A stretch of 64,000 nucleotides of DNA from Candidatus Binatia bacterium. GTDB taxonomy: Bacteria > Desulfobacterota > Binatia > HRBIN30. How positions within the stretch are numbered: position 1 is the stretch's first letter; every line of letters starts with the position of its first letter. Made by a program: the position numbers and the translations under genes. Where the stretch lies: the NCBI GenBank assembly GCA_038245295.1, contig JBBRSP010000002.1, positions 96,001 through 160,000 of the forward strand, given 5' to 3'. This document shows positions 19,319-28,222 of this stretch, one piece after another. The notes under the pieces are model-generated. The model did no database searches and was not told the origin of the DNA. It was given only the letters and a program-made list of their open reading frames with translations.

Positions 19319-20566
19319 ATGAAGACGCTTGATACAGACGTAGTGATCATCGGTGCCGGGCCGGCTGGATCGATGGCCGCGGCGCTTTTGCATCGTGATG
19401 GTGTGCGCTTGCTGGTTGTCGAGAAGCAGATCTTTCCACGCTTCGTCATTGGCGAGAGTTTGTTGCCGCACTCGATGGATCTCCTGCAGGAGGCCGGCCT
19501 GCTCGATGCCGTTCAGCGGCGTGGATTCATGCAGAAACACGGCGCCGTGTTCCTGCGTGGCGACGAAAGCTGCAATTTCAACTTTGCCGACCAGTTCAGC
19601 AACGGCTGGGACCACACCTATCAGGTGCCGCGTGGGGAGTTCGACAAGACGTTGGCCGACACGGTGGCGGCACGCGGCGTTGAGATTCTCTATGGCCACG
19701 GCGTCACGGCGGTCGACTTCGACGACTCGTGCGCGACCGTCACGATCGAGCAACCCGACGGCGTCTCCCGCTCGGTAACCGCGCGCTTTGTCCTCGATTG
19801 CAGCGGCTACGGCCGTGTCTTGCCCCGCCTGCTGCAACTGGAGCTGCCATCGCGTTTCCCGACGCGCGAGGCGTTGTTGACGCATATCACAGGCGACATC
19901 CGCCCCGACGGTCACGAAGAAGGCAAGATCTGGGTCTGCGTGCATCAGGCAGGCGCCTGGGTGTGGATCATTCCGTTTTCGAACGGCAAGACGAGTGTCG
20001 GCGTCGTCGCCACGCCGGAATTCTTCGCCCGTTATCCTGGCGAGCCCGAAGCGCAACTACGCGCCATTCTTGCCGACGATCCGAATACGGCACGACGCCT
20101 GGCGCGTATGGAAGTGACCTTCCCACCGCAACGCATCAGCGGCTACGCGTGTTCGGTCAAGCAGCTCTTCGGTCCGCGCTTCGCCCTCGTCGGCAACGCC
20201 ACCGAGTTTCTCGACCCGATCTTCAGCTCGGGGGTTACCCTGGCACTGGAATCGGCCCAACGCGCCGCTCATGTTCTCAGCCGCGAGCTGCGCGGCGAAA
20301 AGGTCGACTGGCAAGCCGACTATGCCGACTACGTGATGCAGGGCATCAACACGTTCCGCTCCTACGTGTCGGCCTGGTACGACGCCAGCCTGCTCGACAT
20401 CTTCTTCGCGTCGCAACGGAATTCGTCGACCATGCGGCAGATCTGCTCCGTTCTGGCCGGCTATGTGTGGGACAATTCTAATCCGTATGTCGCGCAGGCG
20501 GAGCGGGCGTTGACGCTGTTGGCCAAGGTTGCCCGCATGCAATCCCGGCCGGCCCAGGCCACTTAG
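19319..20566 (+). CDS. Flavin-dependent halogenase-family oxidoreductase
   Basis: GAGPAG, FPRFVIGESLLP, GFMQKHGA (Lys at the halogenase catalytic position), WVWIIP (WxWxIP), FLDPIFSSGV. Confidence 0.8.
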   Translation: MKTLDTDVVIIGAGPAGSMAAALLHRDGVRLLVVEKQIFPRFVIGESLLPHSMDLLQEAGLLDAVQRRGFMQKHGAVFLRGDESCNFNFADQFSNGWDHTYQVPRGEFDKTLADTVAARGVEILYGHGVTAVDFDDSCATVTIEQPDGVSRSVTARFVLDCSGYGRVLPRLLQLELPSRFPTREALLTHITGDIRPDGHEEGKIWVCVHQAGAWVWIIPFSNGKTSVGVVATPEFFARYPGEPEAQLRAILADDPNTARRLARMEVTFPPQRISGYACSVKQLFGPRFALVGNATEFLDPIFSSGVTLALESAQRAAHVLSRELRGEKVDWQADYADYVMQGINTFRSYVSAWYDASLLDIFFASQRNSSTMRQICSVLAGYVWDNSNPYVAQAERALTLLAKVARMQSRPAQAT

Positions 20567-20577
20567 CAAGGGAACCT

Positions 20578-21339
20578 GTGGCAGTTTCATCGATCTCGTC
20601 CGTCGACAAACGCGCCCTCGTCACCGGCGCATCGCGCGGCATCGGTCGCGCCGTCGCCCTGGCGCTCGCCAAGAACGGCGCGCGTGTCGCGGTGAACTAT
20701 ACGCGCTCCGATGCCGCCGCCGCGGCGGTTGTCGAAGAAATTCGTAGCGCCGGTGGTGTCGCCGAGGTCGTGCATGCAGACGTTGCCGACGGTGTCGCCG
20801 TACAGGGCATGTTCGATCAGATCAAGAAACTGTGGGGCGGCGTCGATATCCTGGTGAACAACGCGGCCGTGACGCAGGATGCATATCTGATGATGATGAG
20901 CGAGCCGGCGTGGGATCGCGTCATCGATACGAACCTTCGCGGCGCCTACTTGTGTTGCAAGTTCGCCGTGCGCTCGATGATCGCCGGGCGCTGGGGCCGC
21001 ATCATCAACGTCATCTCACCGGCCGGCTTGTTGGGCAAAGACGGTGCCGCCAACTATGCCGCGTCGAAGGGTGGCCTGCTCAGTCTCGGCAAGTCGCTGG
21101 CGCGCGAAGTCGGCCGCTACGACATCACCGTCAATGCGGTGTGCCCCGGGCTCATCGACACCGATCTGACGGCCGGCCTGCCAAGCGAGCTACGCGAGAA
21201 ATACTTGTCTCAGATTGCCCTGCAGCGATTCGGTGCGCCCGACGACGTCGCCGCGGTGGTCGCCTTCCTGGCGTCGGATGCGGCACGCTACGTCACCGGC
21301 GCGATGCTCAGTGTCGATGGTGGCCTGACGATGATGTGA
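20578..21339 (+). CDS. fabG: 3-oxoacyl-ACP reductase (FabG-like ketoreductase)
   Basis: TGASRGIG, VNNAA, YAASK, VNAVCPG, VDGG; adjacent to ACP and KS. Confidence 0.85.
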   Translation: MAVSSISSVDKRALVTGASRGIGRAVALALAKNGARVAVNYTRSDAAAAAVVEEIRSAGGVAEVVHADVADGVAVQGMFDQIKKLWGGVDILVNNAAVTQDAYLMMMSEPAWDRVIDTNLRGAYLCCKFAVRSMIAGRWGRIINVISPAGLLGKDGAANYAASKGGLLSLGKSLAREVGRYDITVNAVCPGLIDTDLTAGLPSELREKYLSQIALQRFGAPDDVAAVVAFLASDAARYVTGAMLSVDGGLTMM

Positions 21340-21500
21340 GGCGGGTCGCAGGCGGGGCCGCCAGGGAGCACCGTAATCTCGCGCCGATCACTCCTGTTCG
21401 TCGCCCCGATTCTCGAAACTCGGAACGACGCGTTTGTCCCTCAACTCACCACTTCAATCATGCTACCAAAACCCATTCGTCCACTAAGGAGAACTGTCCA

Positions 21501-21761
21501 TTGGATCGCAATGAACTCAAAGCCGAGCTGAAACGGCTGGTGATCGACGGGTTGAAGCTCGAACACGTCACCGCCGATCAGATTCAAGATAACCAGCCGA
21601 TCTTCGTCGAAGGGCTGGGACTCGACTCGATCGACGCACTCGAGCTCGTCGTGCTCGTCGAAGAGAAATACGGTGTGGCCGTTCCCGACGAAGACGTCGG
21701 TAAGCAGGCCTTTCAGTCGATCAACTCGCTCGCCGACTTCATCGCCGCCAGCAAGGCTTGA
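21501..21761 (+). CDS. Acyl carrier protein (aryl-polyene-type)
   Basis: TTG start after AAGGAG; GLGLDSIDALEL phosphopantetheine motif; 86 aa, acidic. Confidence 0.92.
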   Translation: MDRNELKAELKRLVIDGLKLEHVTADQIQDNQPIFVEGLGLDSIDALELVVLVEEKYGVAVPDEDVGKQAFQSINSLADFIAASKA

Positions 21762-22987
21762 GTCGCATACAGCCGCGTATGAATCGTCGCCGTGTTGTCA
21801 TCACCGGAGCCGGGACCATCAACGCCCTGGGCAACGGCGTGGCGGCCTTCCTGGAGGGCTTGCGGTCCGGACGGTCCGGCATCGGAGAATTGACCGCCTT
21901 CGACAGCCGCGGCTTTCGCACCAAATACGCGGCGCAGGTAAACGACCTGCGCGCTCCGCATTGGATTCCGGCAGCCCTGCGCCGGCGCGCCTCGCGGTCC
22001 GACATGTTGGCCTTGCACGCAACCCGTGAGGCGCTCACGACGGCCAGCTTCCCGGCACTTCCGGACGACGCCGGCATCGTCATCGGTGCGACCACCGGCG
22101 GCATGTTCGGCGGCGAAGAATACTTCCGGCGCAAGTTTCTTGATCAGGCGCGGACACGGCGCTCCAACATCCTGGCAACACCGGTGTCGACGACCGTCGA
22201 TCTTCTGGCGCAGCTCCTCGAGTGTGGCGGCCCGCGACTGACGGTGTCGACGGCGTGTTCGTCCGGCGCCAATGCGCTGGGCATCGCCGCCGACTGGATC
22301 CGTACCGGTGTCACGCCGGTTGTCCTGTGCGGTGGCAGCGACTCGTTGTGCCGCATGACCTTCTCCGGCTTCAACGCCTTGCAGGCTCTCGACCCGGCAC
22401 CGTGCCGGCCCTTCGATCGGCGCCGCGCTGGTCTGACACTCGGCGAAGGCTCGGCCATGTTCGTCTTCGAAGATGCCGAACACGCTGCCGCACGCGGCGC
22501 GAAACCGCTGGCGGAGTTCCTCGGCTACGGCATCAGCGCCGACGCGCACCACATCACGCAACCGCGTCCCGACGGTGCCGGCGCCGAGCTGGCAACACGC
22601 CGGGCACTCGAGGACAGCGGCGTAGGTATCGAAGAGATCGACTACATCAACGCCCACGGCACCGCGACGGTGCTCAACGACGTGATCGAAACACGCGCTC
22701 TGCACGCCGTGTTCGGCGTGCGCGCTGCGAAGATCCCCGTCAGCTCGACCAAATCGATGATCGGCCATTGCCTCGGTGCCGCCGGCGCCCTCGAGGCGCT
22801 GGCCGGTATTCTGGCGATACGCGAGAGCTTCGTGCCGCCGACGATTGGTCTGGAAGAAGCAGATCCTGAATGTGACCTCGACTATGTGACCGAAGGGGCA
22901 CGCTCGGCGAAGGTGCGTTCGGTGCTCTCCAACTCCTACGGCTTTGGTGGCAACAACACCTGCATCATTCTGCGCGCCATCGACTGA
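21758..22987 (+). CDS. Beta-ketoacyl-ACP synthase, catalytic (FabF-like)
   Basis: Intact Cys-His-His triad: STACSSG, INAHGT, KSMIGHCLGA; SNSYGFGG; alternative start at 21779. Confidence 0.92.
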   Translation: MSRIQPRMNRRRVVITGAGTINALGNGVAAFLEGLRSGRSGIGELTAFDSRGFRTKYAAQVNDLRAPHWIPAALRRRASRSDMLALHATREALTTASFPALPDDAGIVIGATTGGMFGGEEYFRRKFLDQARTRRSNILATPVSTTVDLLAQLLECGGPRLTVSTACSSGANALGIAADWIRTGVTPVVLCGGSDSLCRMTFSGFNALQALDPAPCRPFDRRRAGLTLGEGSAMFVFEDAEHAAARGAKPLAEFLGYGISADAHHITQPRPDGAGAELATRRALEDSGVGIEEIDYINAHGTATVLNDVIETRALHAVFGVRAAKIPVSSTKSMIGHCLGAAGALEALAGILAIRESFVPPTIGLEEADPECDLDYVTEGARSAKVRSVLSNSYGFGGNNTCIILRAID

Positions 22988-22989
22988 CG

Positions 22990-24210
22990 ATGAACTTGCG
23001 ACCCGAAACGGAAATCGTCGTCACCGGTATCGGTATTCTGAGCCCGATCGGTATTGGTGCGCCACATTTCTGGAGCGCGCTCACCCAAGGGATCTCCGGA
23101 ATCCGACCGGTTGCCGGCGCCACTGCCGCGCCGACGGTTGCGGCGCAGCTCGTCGACTACGTCCCGCGCGACCTGATCCGTACACCGCACCTGCGGCGGA
23201 TGGACAAAGTGTCGCGCGCCCTGGTGGCGGCGGCGCGCCTGGCCGTGGACGATGCCGGCGTCGGCGCCGAGAGCCTGGCGTCCGATCGCTGTGGCATCGT
23301 GGTCGGCACCGTGTACGGCAATCTTGGCGAGTCGGCCCAGTACTTTCAGCGCTTCGTCACCAAGGGGCCAGCACTGGCGAGCCCGATGCTCTTTCCCAAC
23401 CTCGTGCTCAACGCGCCGGCCAGTTACGCGGCGATGGAGCTCGGTTGCGTCGGTCCCAATCTGACCGTGTGCAGCGGCGAAACCTCCGGCGAGAGTGCCC
23501 TGGCACAAGCCTGCATGCTGATCACCACCGGCAAGGCTGATATCGTGCTGGCCGGCGGTGTCGACGAAATCGATGACGTGTCGCTCGAGGGCTATCGCGG
23601 CTTCCGCGCCTTGTCGTCGCAACGTGGCGGGCGGGAATGGGGCAGCCCATACGATACCCGCCGCAACGGTGTCGTGCTCGGCGAAGGCGCCGCGGTGCTG
23701 GTCCTCGAATCGGCAACACATGCGAGGGCGCGCCGCGCGACGGCCTTGGCGACCATCCGCTCGGTCCTGCAATTCGGCGTGCCGGCGTCGACCTTTGACT
23801 GGCCACGGCGCAGTGGAATTGCGGCGACGCGATTGCGTGCCTGGTTGAAGCGCTCCGCGGCAAAGGTCGGAGCGGTGTTTGGCTCAGCCAACTCCTCGCG
23901 CTGGCTCGACACGTTCGAGTTGGCCGAGCTTGGTGACGTATTCGGTGAAGCAGCGGCAAGCGTTGCTCTGACATCAATAAAGGGAGCGATTGGTGAGTTC
24001 AGCGCCGCCGGCGCACTTACCGGGGCGGCGGCGGCGTTGGCGGTGCGTCATGGAACGATTCCACCCCTCTGCAATCTTGAGGAGGCAGACCCGGCGGCCA
24101 CCCTCTCGTTGGTGCAGCGAGCGACGCCGCGAAGTGATGGCAGCATCCTGCAACTCGGTGTGGCGCGCGGTGGCGGTTGTGTTGCCTTGTTGTGGGAAAC
24201 ACCGACCTGA
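22990..24210 (+). CDS. Chain-length-factor-like ketosynthase beta subunit
   Basis: SPMLFPNLVLNAPA; CSGETSG in place of TACSS; both active-site His absent (GSANS, AIGEF); immediately after the catalytic KS. Confidence 0.82.
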   Translation: MNLRPETEIVVTGIGILSPIGIGAPHFWSALTQGISGIRPVAGATAAPTVAAQLVDYVPRDLIRTPHLRRMDKVSRALVAAARLAVDDAGVGAESLASDRCGIVVGTVYGNLGESAQYFQRFVTKGPALASPMLFPNLVLNAPASYAAMELGCVGPNLTVCSGETSGESALAQACMLITTGKADIVLAGGVDEIDDVSLEGYRGFRALSSQRGGREWGSPYDTRRNGVVLGEGAAVLVLESATHARARRATALATIRSVLQFGVPASTFDWPRRSGIAATRLRAWLKRSAAKVGAVFGSANSSRWLDTFELAELGDVFGEAAASVALTSIKGAIGEFSAAGALTGAAAALAVRHGTIPPLCNLEEADPAATLSLVQRATPRSDGSILQLGVARGGGCVALLWETPT

Positions 24211-24312
24211 ACCTGGCTCCCATGCATTGTCTTTTGACAACGATCGGCCGGTCGGTGTATCCGACTCCCTCCGTTGACCGATAACGTCACAAAGCTGGAA
24301 AGGTCACCTACT

Positions 24313-25176
24313 GTGAAAACAATCCTCGCGTTCGTTGGCGGCGGTGATCGCGACCAGGTCATCCTGCAGACGGCGTTTGCCGCGGCGCTGCCGATCTCGG
24401 CTCATCTGGACTTCGTCCACATCCACGTGCCGGCCACGGAGGCGGCGCGGTACAACCACACCGAGTTCGCCAGTGGAGCGGCTCTGCGCAATGCACTCGA
24501 TCGGTTGGATACGAAAGCCAAGACCTTCTCGGATCTCGCTTCGGACAATGTTCGCGAGTTCTGCGCTGCAGCCAAGATCGAGATGTGCGACACGCCGAGC
24601 AATGCGCCCGGCGTGACGGCAAGTTTTCGCGAAGAGAAGAGCAATGCGTTGGAACGCATCACCTTCCATGCGCGCCACGCCGACCTGCTCGTCATGGGCC
24701 GGGCGCGACAGACGCAGGGACTCTCTCCGGATACGCTGGAGCATATGGTGCTGAACTCGGGACGTCCGGTGCTGGTTGCGGCGACTGCGGCGCCGCAGTC
24801 GCTCAGCGGCACGGTCATGGTGTGCTGGAAGGAGTCGATCAATTCGGCGCGCGCCCTCAGCGCCGCCACACCAATTCTGGTCAGCGCAAAACGCGTCGTA
24901 TTCGTCGGCGTCGCCGATCGCGACGACGGCGTCACCGATGCCTTGCAAGACGTGGCGCGGCAGTTCGCCTGGAATGGAGTTGCCAGCGAAGCGCGGGTCA
25001 TCCCGACGAGCGGCCGCAAAATACCCGCTGCCCTCGCTGCCGCCGCCGAAGAGTGCGACGCCGACCTCGTCGTGATGGGCGCCTACGGCCGCTCGCGGAC
25101 ACGCGAGCTGATCTTCGGCAGCTGCACCGAGGCATTCATGGACGATGCCGACCGGCCGATTCTGCTCATGCACTAA
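24313..25176 (+). CDS. Tandem universal stress protein (UspA family)
   Basis: KTILA, ADLLVMGR, GRPVLV, ADLVVMGAYGRSRTRELIFGS..PILLMH. Confidence 0.9.
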   Translation: MKTILAFVGGGDRDQVILQTAFAAALPISAHLDFVHIHVPATEAARYNHTEFASGAALRNALDRLDTKAKTFSDLASDNVREFCAAAKIEMCDTPSNAPGVTASFREEKSNALERITFHARHADLLVMGRARQTQGLSPDTLEHMVLNSGRPVLVAATAAPQSLSGTVMVCWKESINSARALSAATPILVSAKRVVFVGVADRDDGVTDALQDVARQFAWNGVASEARVIPTSGRKIPAALAAAAEECDADLVVMGAYGRSRTRELIFGSCTEAFMDDADRPILLMH

Positions 25177-25310
25177 CCCTACTCGTTTCCGTTCTGGAGG
25201 GTTCGGGGTGCGGGGTGCAGGGGTCGGTCGAACCGTCGAACCTAGAGACTTTTGCGTTAACCAGGTTCATCTTGTCCGGGCGAGACGGTTGGGACCGGGC
25301 AGCCCACACC

Positions 25311-25814
25311 TCAGCGTCTATAGGGATACCTCGGAGGGGATGCAGGGCGACCATAGTACTGTCGTCCCTGACCGTACTGCACCGGGCGAGGAGCGAAGTA
25401 CGCCTGGCGTGCACCGTAGTAGGCGGGAGCGGCCGGGTAGTACGCGCGCGGCGGCGGCGCGTAGTAAATAGGCGGCGCAGGGTAATAGGCGCGGGTGGGC
25501 GGCGCATAGTAGGCGCGAGCCGGCGGTGCGTAATAGGGCGGCGGCGGTGGCGCATAATACGCTGGGGGAGGCGCGCCATAGCTGGGTTCGGGACCATAAT
25601 ATGGAGCGTTCACCGCAGCGCCTAGAATGGCCAACGGTGCGGTGACGATTACCGCCGCCGTTCCGACGACGGCGGCGGCCAGGCCGAGCGGCCAGTAGCC
25701 ATGGCCGCCATAGTGTCCATGGCCGCCGTGGTACGCGAGGGCGGGTGAGACCGGCGCGAGAAGGAGAGCAACTCCCATCAAACCGCCAAGTGCAACCGCT
25801 TTGTACGTGGTCAT
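25311..25814 (-). CDS. Exported or membrane Pro/Tyr-rich repeat protein
   Basis: AAGGAG RBS; signal peptide ending ALA; Gly/His segment; TM segment; tandem (YYAPPP/YYPAAP) repeats. Confidence 0.7.
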   Translation of the reverse strand: MTTYKAVALGGLMGVALLLAPVSPALAYHGGHGHYGGHGYWPLGLAAAVVGTAAVIVTAPLAILGAAVNAPYYGPEPSYGAPPPAYYAPPPPPYYAPPARAYYAPPTRAYYPAPPIYYAPPPRAYYPAAPAYYGARQAYFAPRPVQYGQGRQYYGRPASPPRYPYRR

Positions 25815-25938
25815 CGTGTTTCTCCTTGGTGCGCGGACCAGCAGGATCCTGCAGCATCCTCTCATGATGACGGACCGATGGGTAGGAAATTCAGCCACGG
25901 ATGAGAATCGTACACACGTGGCTGCGGCGCACAGCAGA

Positions 25939-27636
25939 TCAGTCCGGCGCGGTGTCACTGGTTTGTGCCGCAGCACCGGGGAGTGAAAAGCCCACCACGG
26001 CACCACCCTGGGGATTGTTCTCGGCCCACATCTCCCCGCCATGCGCCTTGATCACCGACTGGCTGATCCACAGGCCCATGCCGAGGCCATCGGTCTTGGT
26101 CGTAAAGTAGGGCTCGAACAGTTTTCCCTCTCCATGGGGCGGCAGGCCGCTGCCCGTGTCGCGTACCTGCACCTGGACGCCGCCGCCCGCATGCCGCTCG
26201 ACATGGACAACGACCTCCCTGAGTCTGCCGGTATCGGGCAGCATCGCGTCGAGACTATTGCTGAGCAGATTCACGACAACCTGCTCAATCTGAATCGGAT
26301 CGACGTGCACACCTGGCAGTGGCGAATCCACCGACAGTCGTACGACAACGCCGCGATGGTGTGCATCCGCCTCGACCAGCTCGACGGCTTCGCGCACCAC
26401 CGTCGCGATCTCCGCCAGCACCCGCTGCGGCTCGACGCGGCGAACGAAGTTGCGCAGGTGGCGGACGACTTCACCGGCGCGAATTGCCTGTTGACGGATC
26501 TGTTCGCTCACCAGCCGTGCTGAGTCGACATTCACCGGTACTTTCTGCAGAAACCGCGTCAGCCCACCGGCAAAGTTGGCGATCGCGGCCAACGGTTGGT
26601 TGATCTCATGCGCCAGCTGCGCCGTCATACCCTCCACCGTGCGGAGCCGCAGCAGGTGAGCGAGAAGCGACTGTTGCTGGCGCAGCCGCTCCTCGGTGCT
26701 CTGCCGCTCGTGCATTTCCGCCCGCAACTGTTCGACGGCACTGGACAGCTGACGCGTGCGCTCCTCGACCCGTACCTCGAGGCTATCGCGCGCTTCGCGC
26801 AATGCATCTTCGGCCTGCACGCGTTCGGTGATGTCGACCGCAAAAACGATGACGCCGATGATCTCGCCGCTCGAGTCACGGTATGGAACCTTGTCGGTGC
26901 GGATCCAGCGTTTTTCGCCCGAAGCCGACAACAACGGCTCGACGATGCCGAGCTTGGGCTGCCCGGACTCGATCACTTGCTGATCGTCCCGATGATACTT
27001 GTCCGCCTCGTCTGGATACAGATCGTAGGTGGAGCGGCCTTCGAGGTCGGCTGGCGTCAAACCCACCGAGGCGGCCGCCGCCTGGTTGGCTCGCAAGATG
27101 CGATTGTGACGATCCTTGTACCAAATGTAGGCCGGTACCGCGTCGAGGATCAGTTGCAGCTCTTCCTGCTGAGCGACCAGGATGTTTTCGGCGCGAAGCC
27201 GCGCCGTAATTTCATTCGAGCAGCCGACGAACCCGACCGGCTTCCCGTGTTCGTCGTGCCGCACCGACGCGCGCACTTCCACGAAGATCTCCTTGCCACC
27301 CTTGGCGCGACTGCGCAGCACCACGTCGTGCACACCGCGATCCAAGGTCGGCTGCCGCACGTCGCGCCGCAAGATGGGAAGATCCTCGGGGAAGTGGATG
27401 AAGTCGACGGTCTGGCCGATCGCTTCGGCGGCGGAGTAGCCGTAGATTTGTTCGGCGCCACGATTCCAACTGCGGACGAAGCCGTCCATGTCGGTCGAAA
27501 TCACCGCGTCGTGGACGGCGTCGAGAATGTCAGCGGCGCGAACCGTCCGAATCGAGGCAGGTCGAATGCGACGCACCTTCCCCGACCCGCGGTCAGTCGG
27601 CACCTTCGATTTAGGGCTTCGCCCGACGCTGCTCAT
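25939..27636 (-). CDS. Cytoplasmic double-PAS sensor histidine kinase (FixL-like kinase core)
   Basis: Two PAS/PAC domains, AHEINQPL H-box, NLLSNS, DTGSG, FTTK..GLGMGL. Confidence 0.9.
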   Translation of the reverse strand: MSSVGRSPKSKVPTDRGSGKVRRIRPASIRTVRAADILDAVHDAVISTDMDGFVRSWNRGAEQIYGYSAAEAIGQTVDFIHFPEDLPILRRDVRQPTLDRGVHDVVLRSRAKGGKEIFVEVRASVRHDEHGKPVGFVGCSNEITARLRAENILVAQQEELQLILDAVPAYIWYKDRHNRILRANQAAAASVGLTPADLEGRSTYDLYPDEADKYHRDDQQVIESGQPKLGIVEPLLSASGEKRWIRTDKVPYRDSSGEIIGVIVFAVDITERVQAEDALREARDSLEVRVEERTRQLSSAVEQLRAEMHERQSTEERLRQQQSLLAHLLRLRTVEGMTAQLAHEINQPLAAIANFAGGLTRFLQKVPVNVDSARLVSEQIRQQAIRAGEVVRHLRNFVRRVEPQRVLAEIATVVREAVELVEADAHHRGVVVRLSVDSPLPGVHVDPIQIEQVVVNLLSNSLDAMLPDTGRLREVVVHVERHAGGGVQVQVRDTGSGLPPHGEGKLFEPYFTTKTDGLGMGLWISQSVIKAHGGEMWAENNPQGGAVVGFSLPGAAAQTSDTAPD

Positions 27637-27775
27637 CTTCCAAATTCCTGGCTCCAGAACTGAGCCGTGTTCTCTATGGCCCACAGCTCACGGGGTCAAG
27701 GCTCGGGACGAGCCGAGGCGCGCAGGCAACGCCAACAGGGTTGGGGTGCAGGGTGCGGACGCTCGTATGGGCAGC

Positions 27776-27895
27776 TCATTCGACGAGTCGACTTCCTTTG
27801 GCAAGGTCGCGCAGCGCCGCGCGCAGTCGGCGGCGCGGGTCGGGAGCCAGGCGACCGACGAAGTCGACCACCTGGACGCTAACGCGAACGATCAC
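27776..27895 (-). pseudogene. Truncated RelE/ParE-like toxin (39 aa)
   Basis: Manual translation from a GTG overlapping the antitoxin stop (GTGA): MIVRVSVQVVDFVGRLAPDPRRRLRAALRDLAKGSRLVE*. Confidence 0.55.
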
Positions 27896-28155
27896 GGGCG
27901 ATCTGGGCCGAGCGCCGACAGCGGCAGAAATTTCAACTTGCCGGCCTGATGTTTGGCGATAGTCTTCCTGGCCTCCGGAGTTGCCAACAGCTCCATCGTT
28001 TCCACGATCGCCTCCATGCGCTCACGGGAGACGAGATATGCGACCGTCTGGTTGTGGCGAAGGATCCGTACCGGCTCCCCCTCCTCGGCCTTACGGATCA
28101 GGCTAGGAAGACGGCTCTGCGCCTCGGTCACAGAATACGTAGAATCCGTGGTCAA
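27892..28155 (-). CDS. Phd/YefM family antitoxin
   Basis: YSVTEAQSRLPSLIRKAEEGEPVRILRHN..AYLVS..ETMELL. Confidence 0.88.
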   Translation of the reverse strand: MTTDSTYSVTEAQSRLPSLIRKAEEGEPVRILRHNQTVAYLVSRERMEAIVETMELLATPEARKTIAKHQAGKLKFLPLSALGPDRP

Positions 28156-28222
28156 TGCACATATTCGTGGGCGGCCTTGGAATCAAGCGCGGTTCCTTGC
28201 TCTGCTGTCTCCGGAAAACGCC

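Noticed and set aside
20832..21500. 309-aa ORF appearing to fuse an N-terminal domain to the ACP
   Set aside because: The upstream part overlaps fabG out of frame; a TTG start with AAGGAG RBS at 21501 explains the ACP
24274..24292. TTGAC..GTCA as an FNR/CRP box upstream of usp
   Set aside because: Half-site spacing does not fit TTGAT-N4-ATCAA
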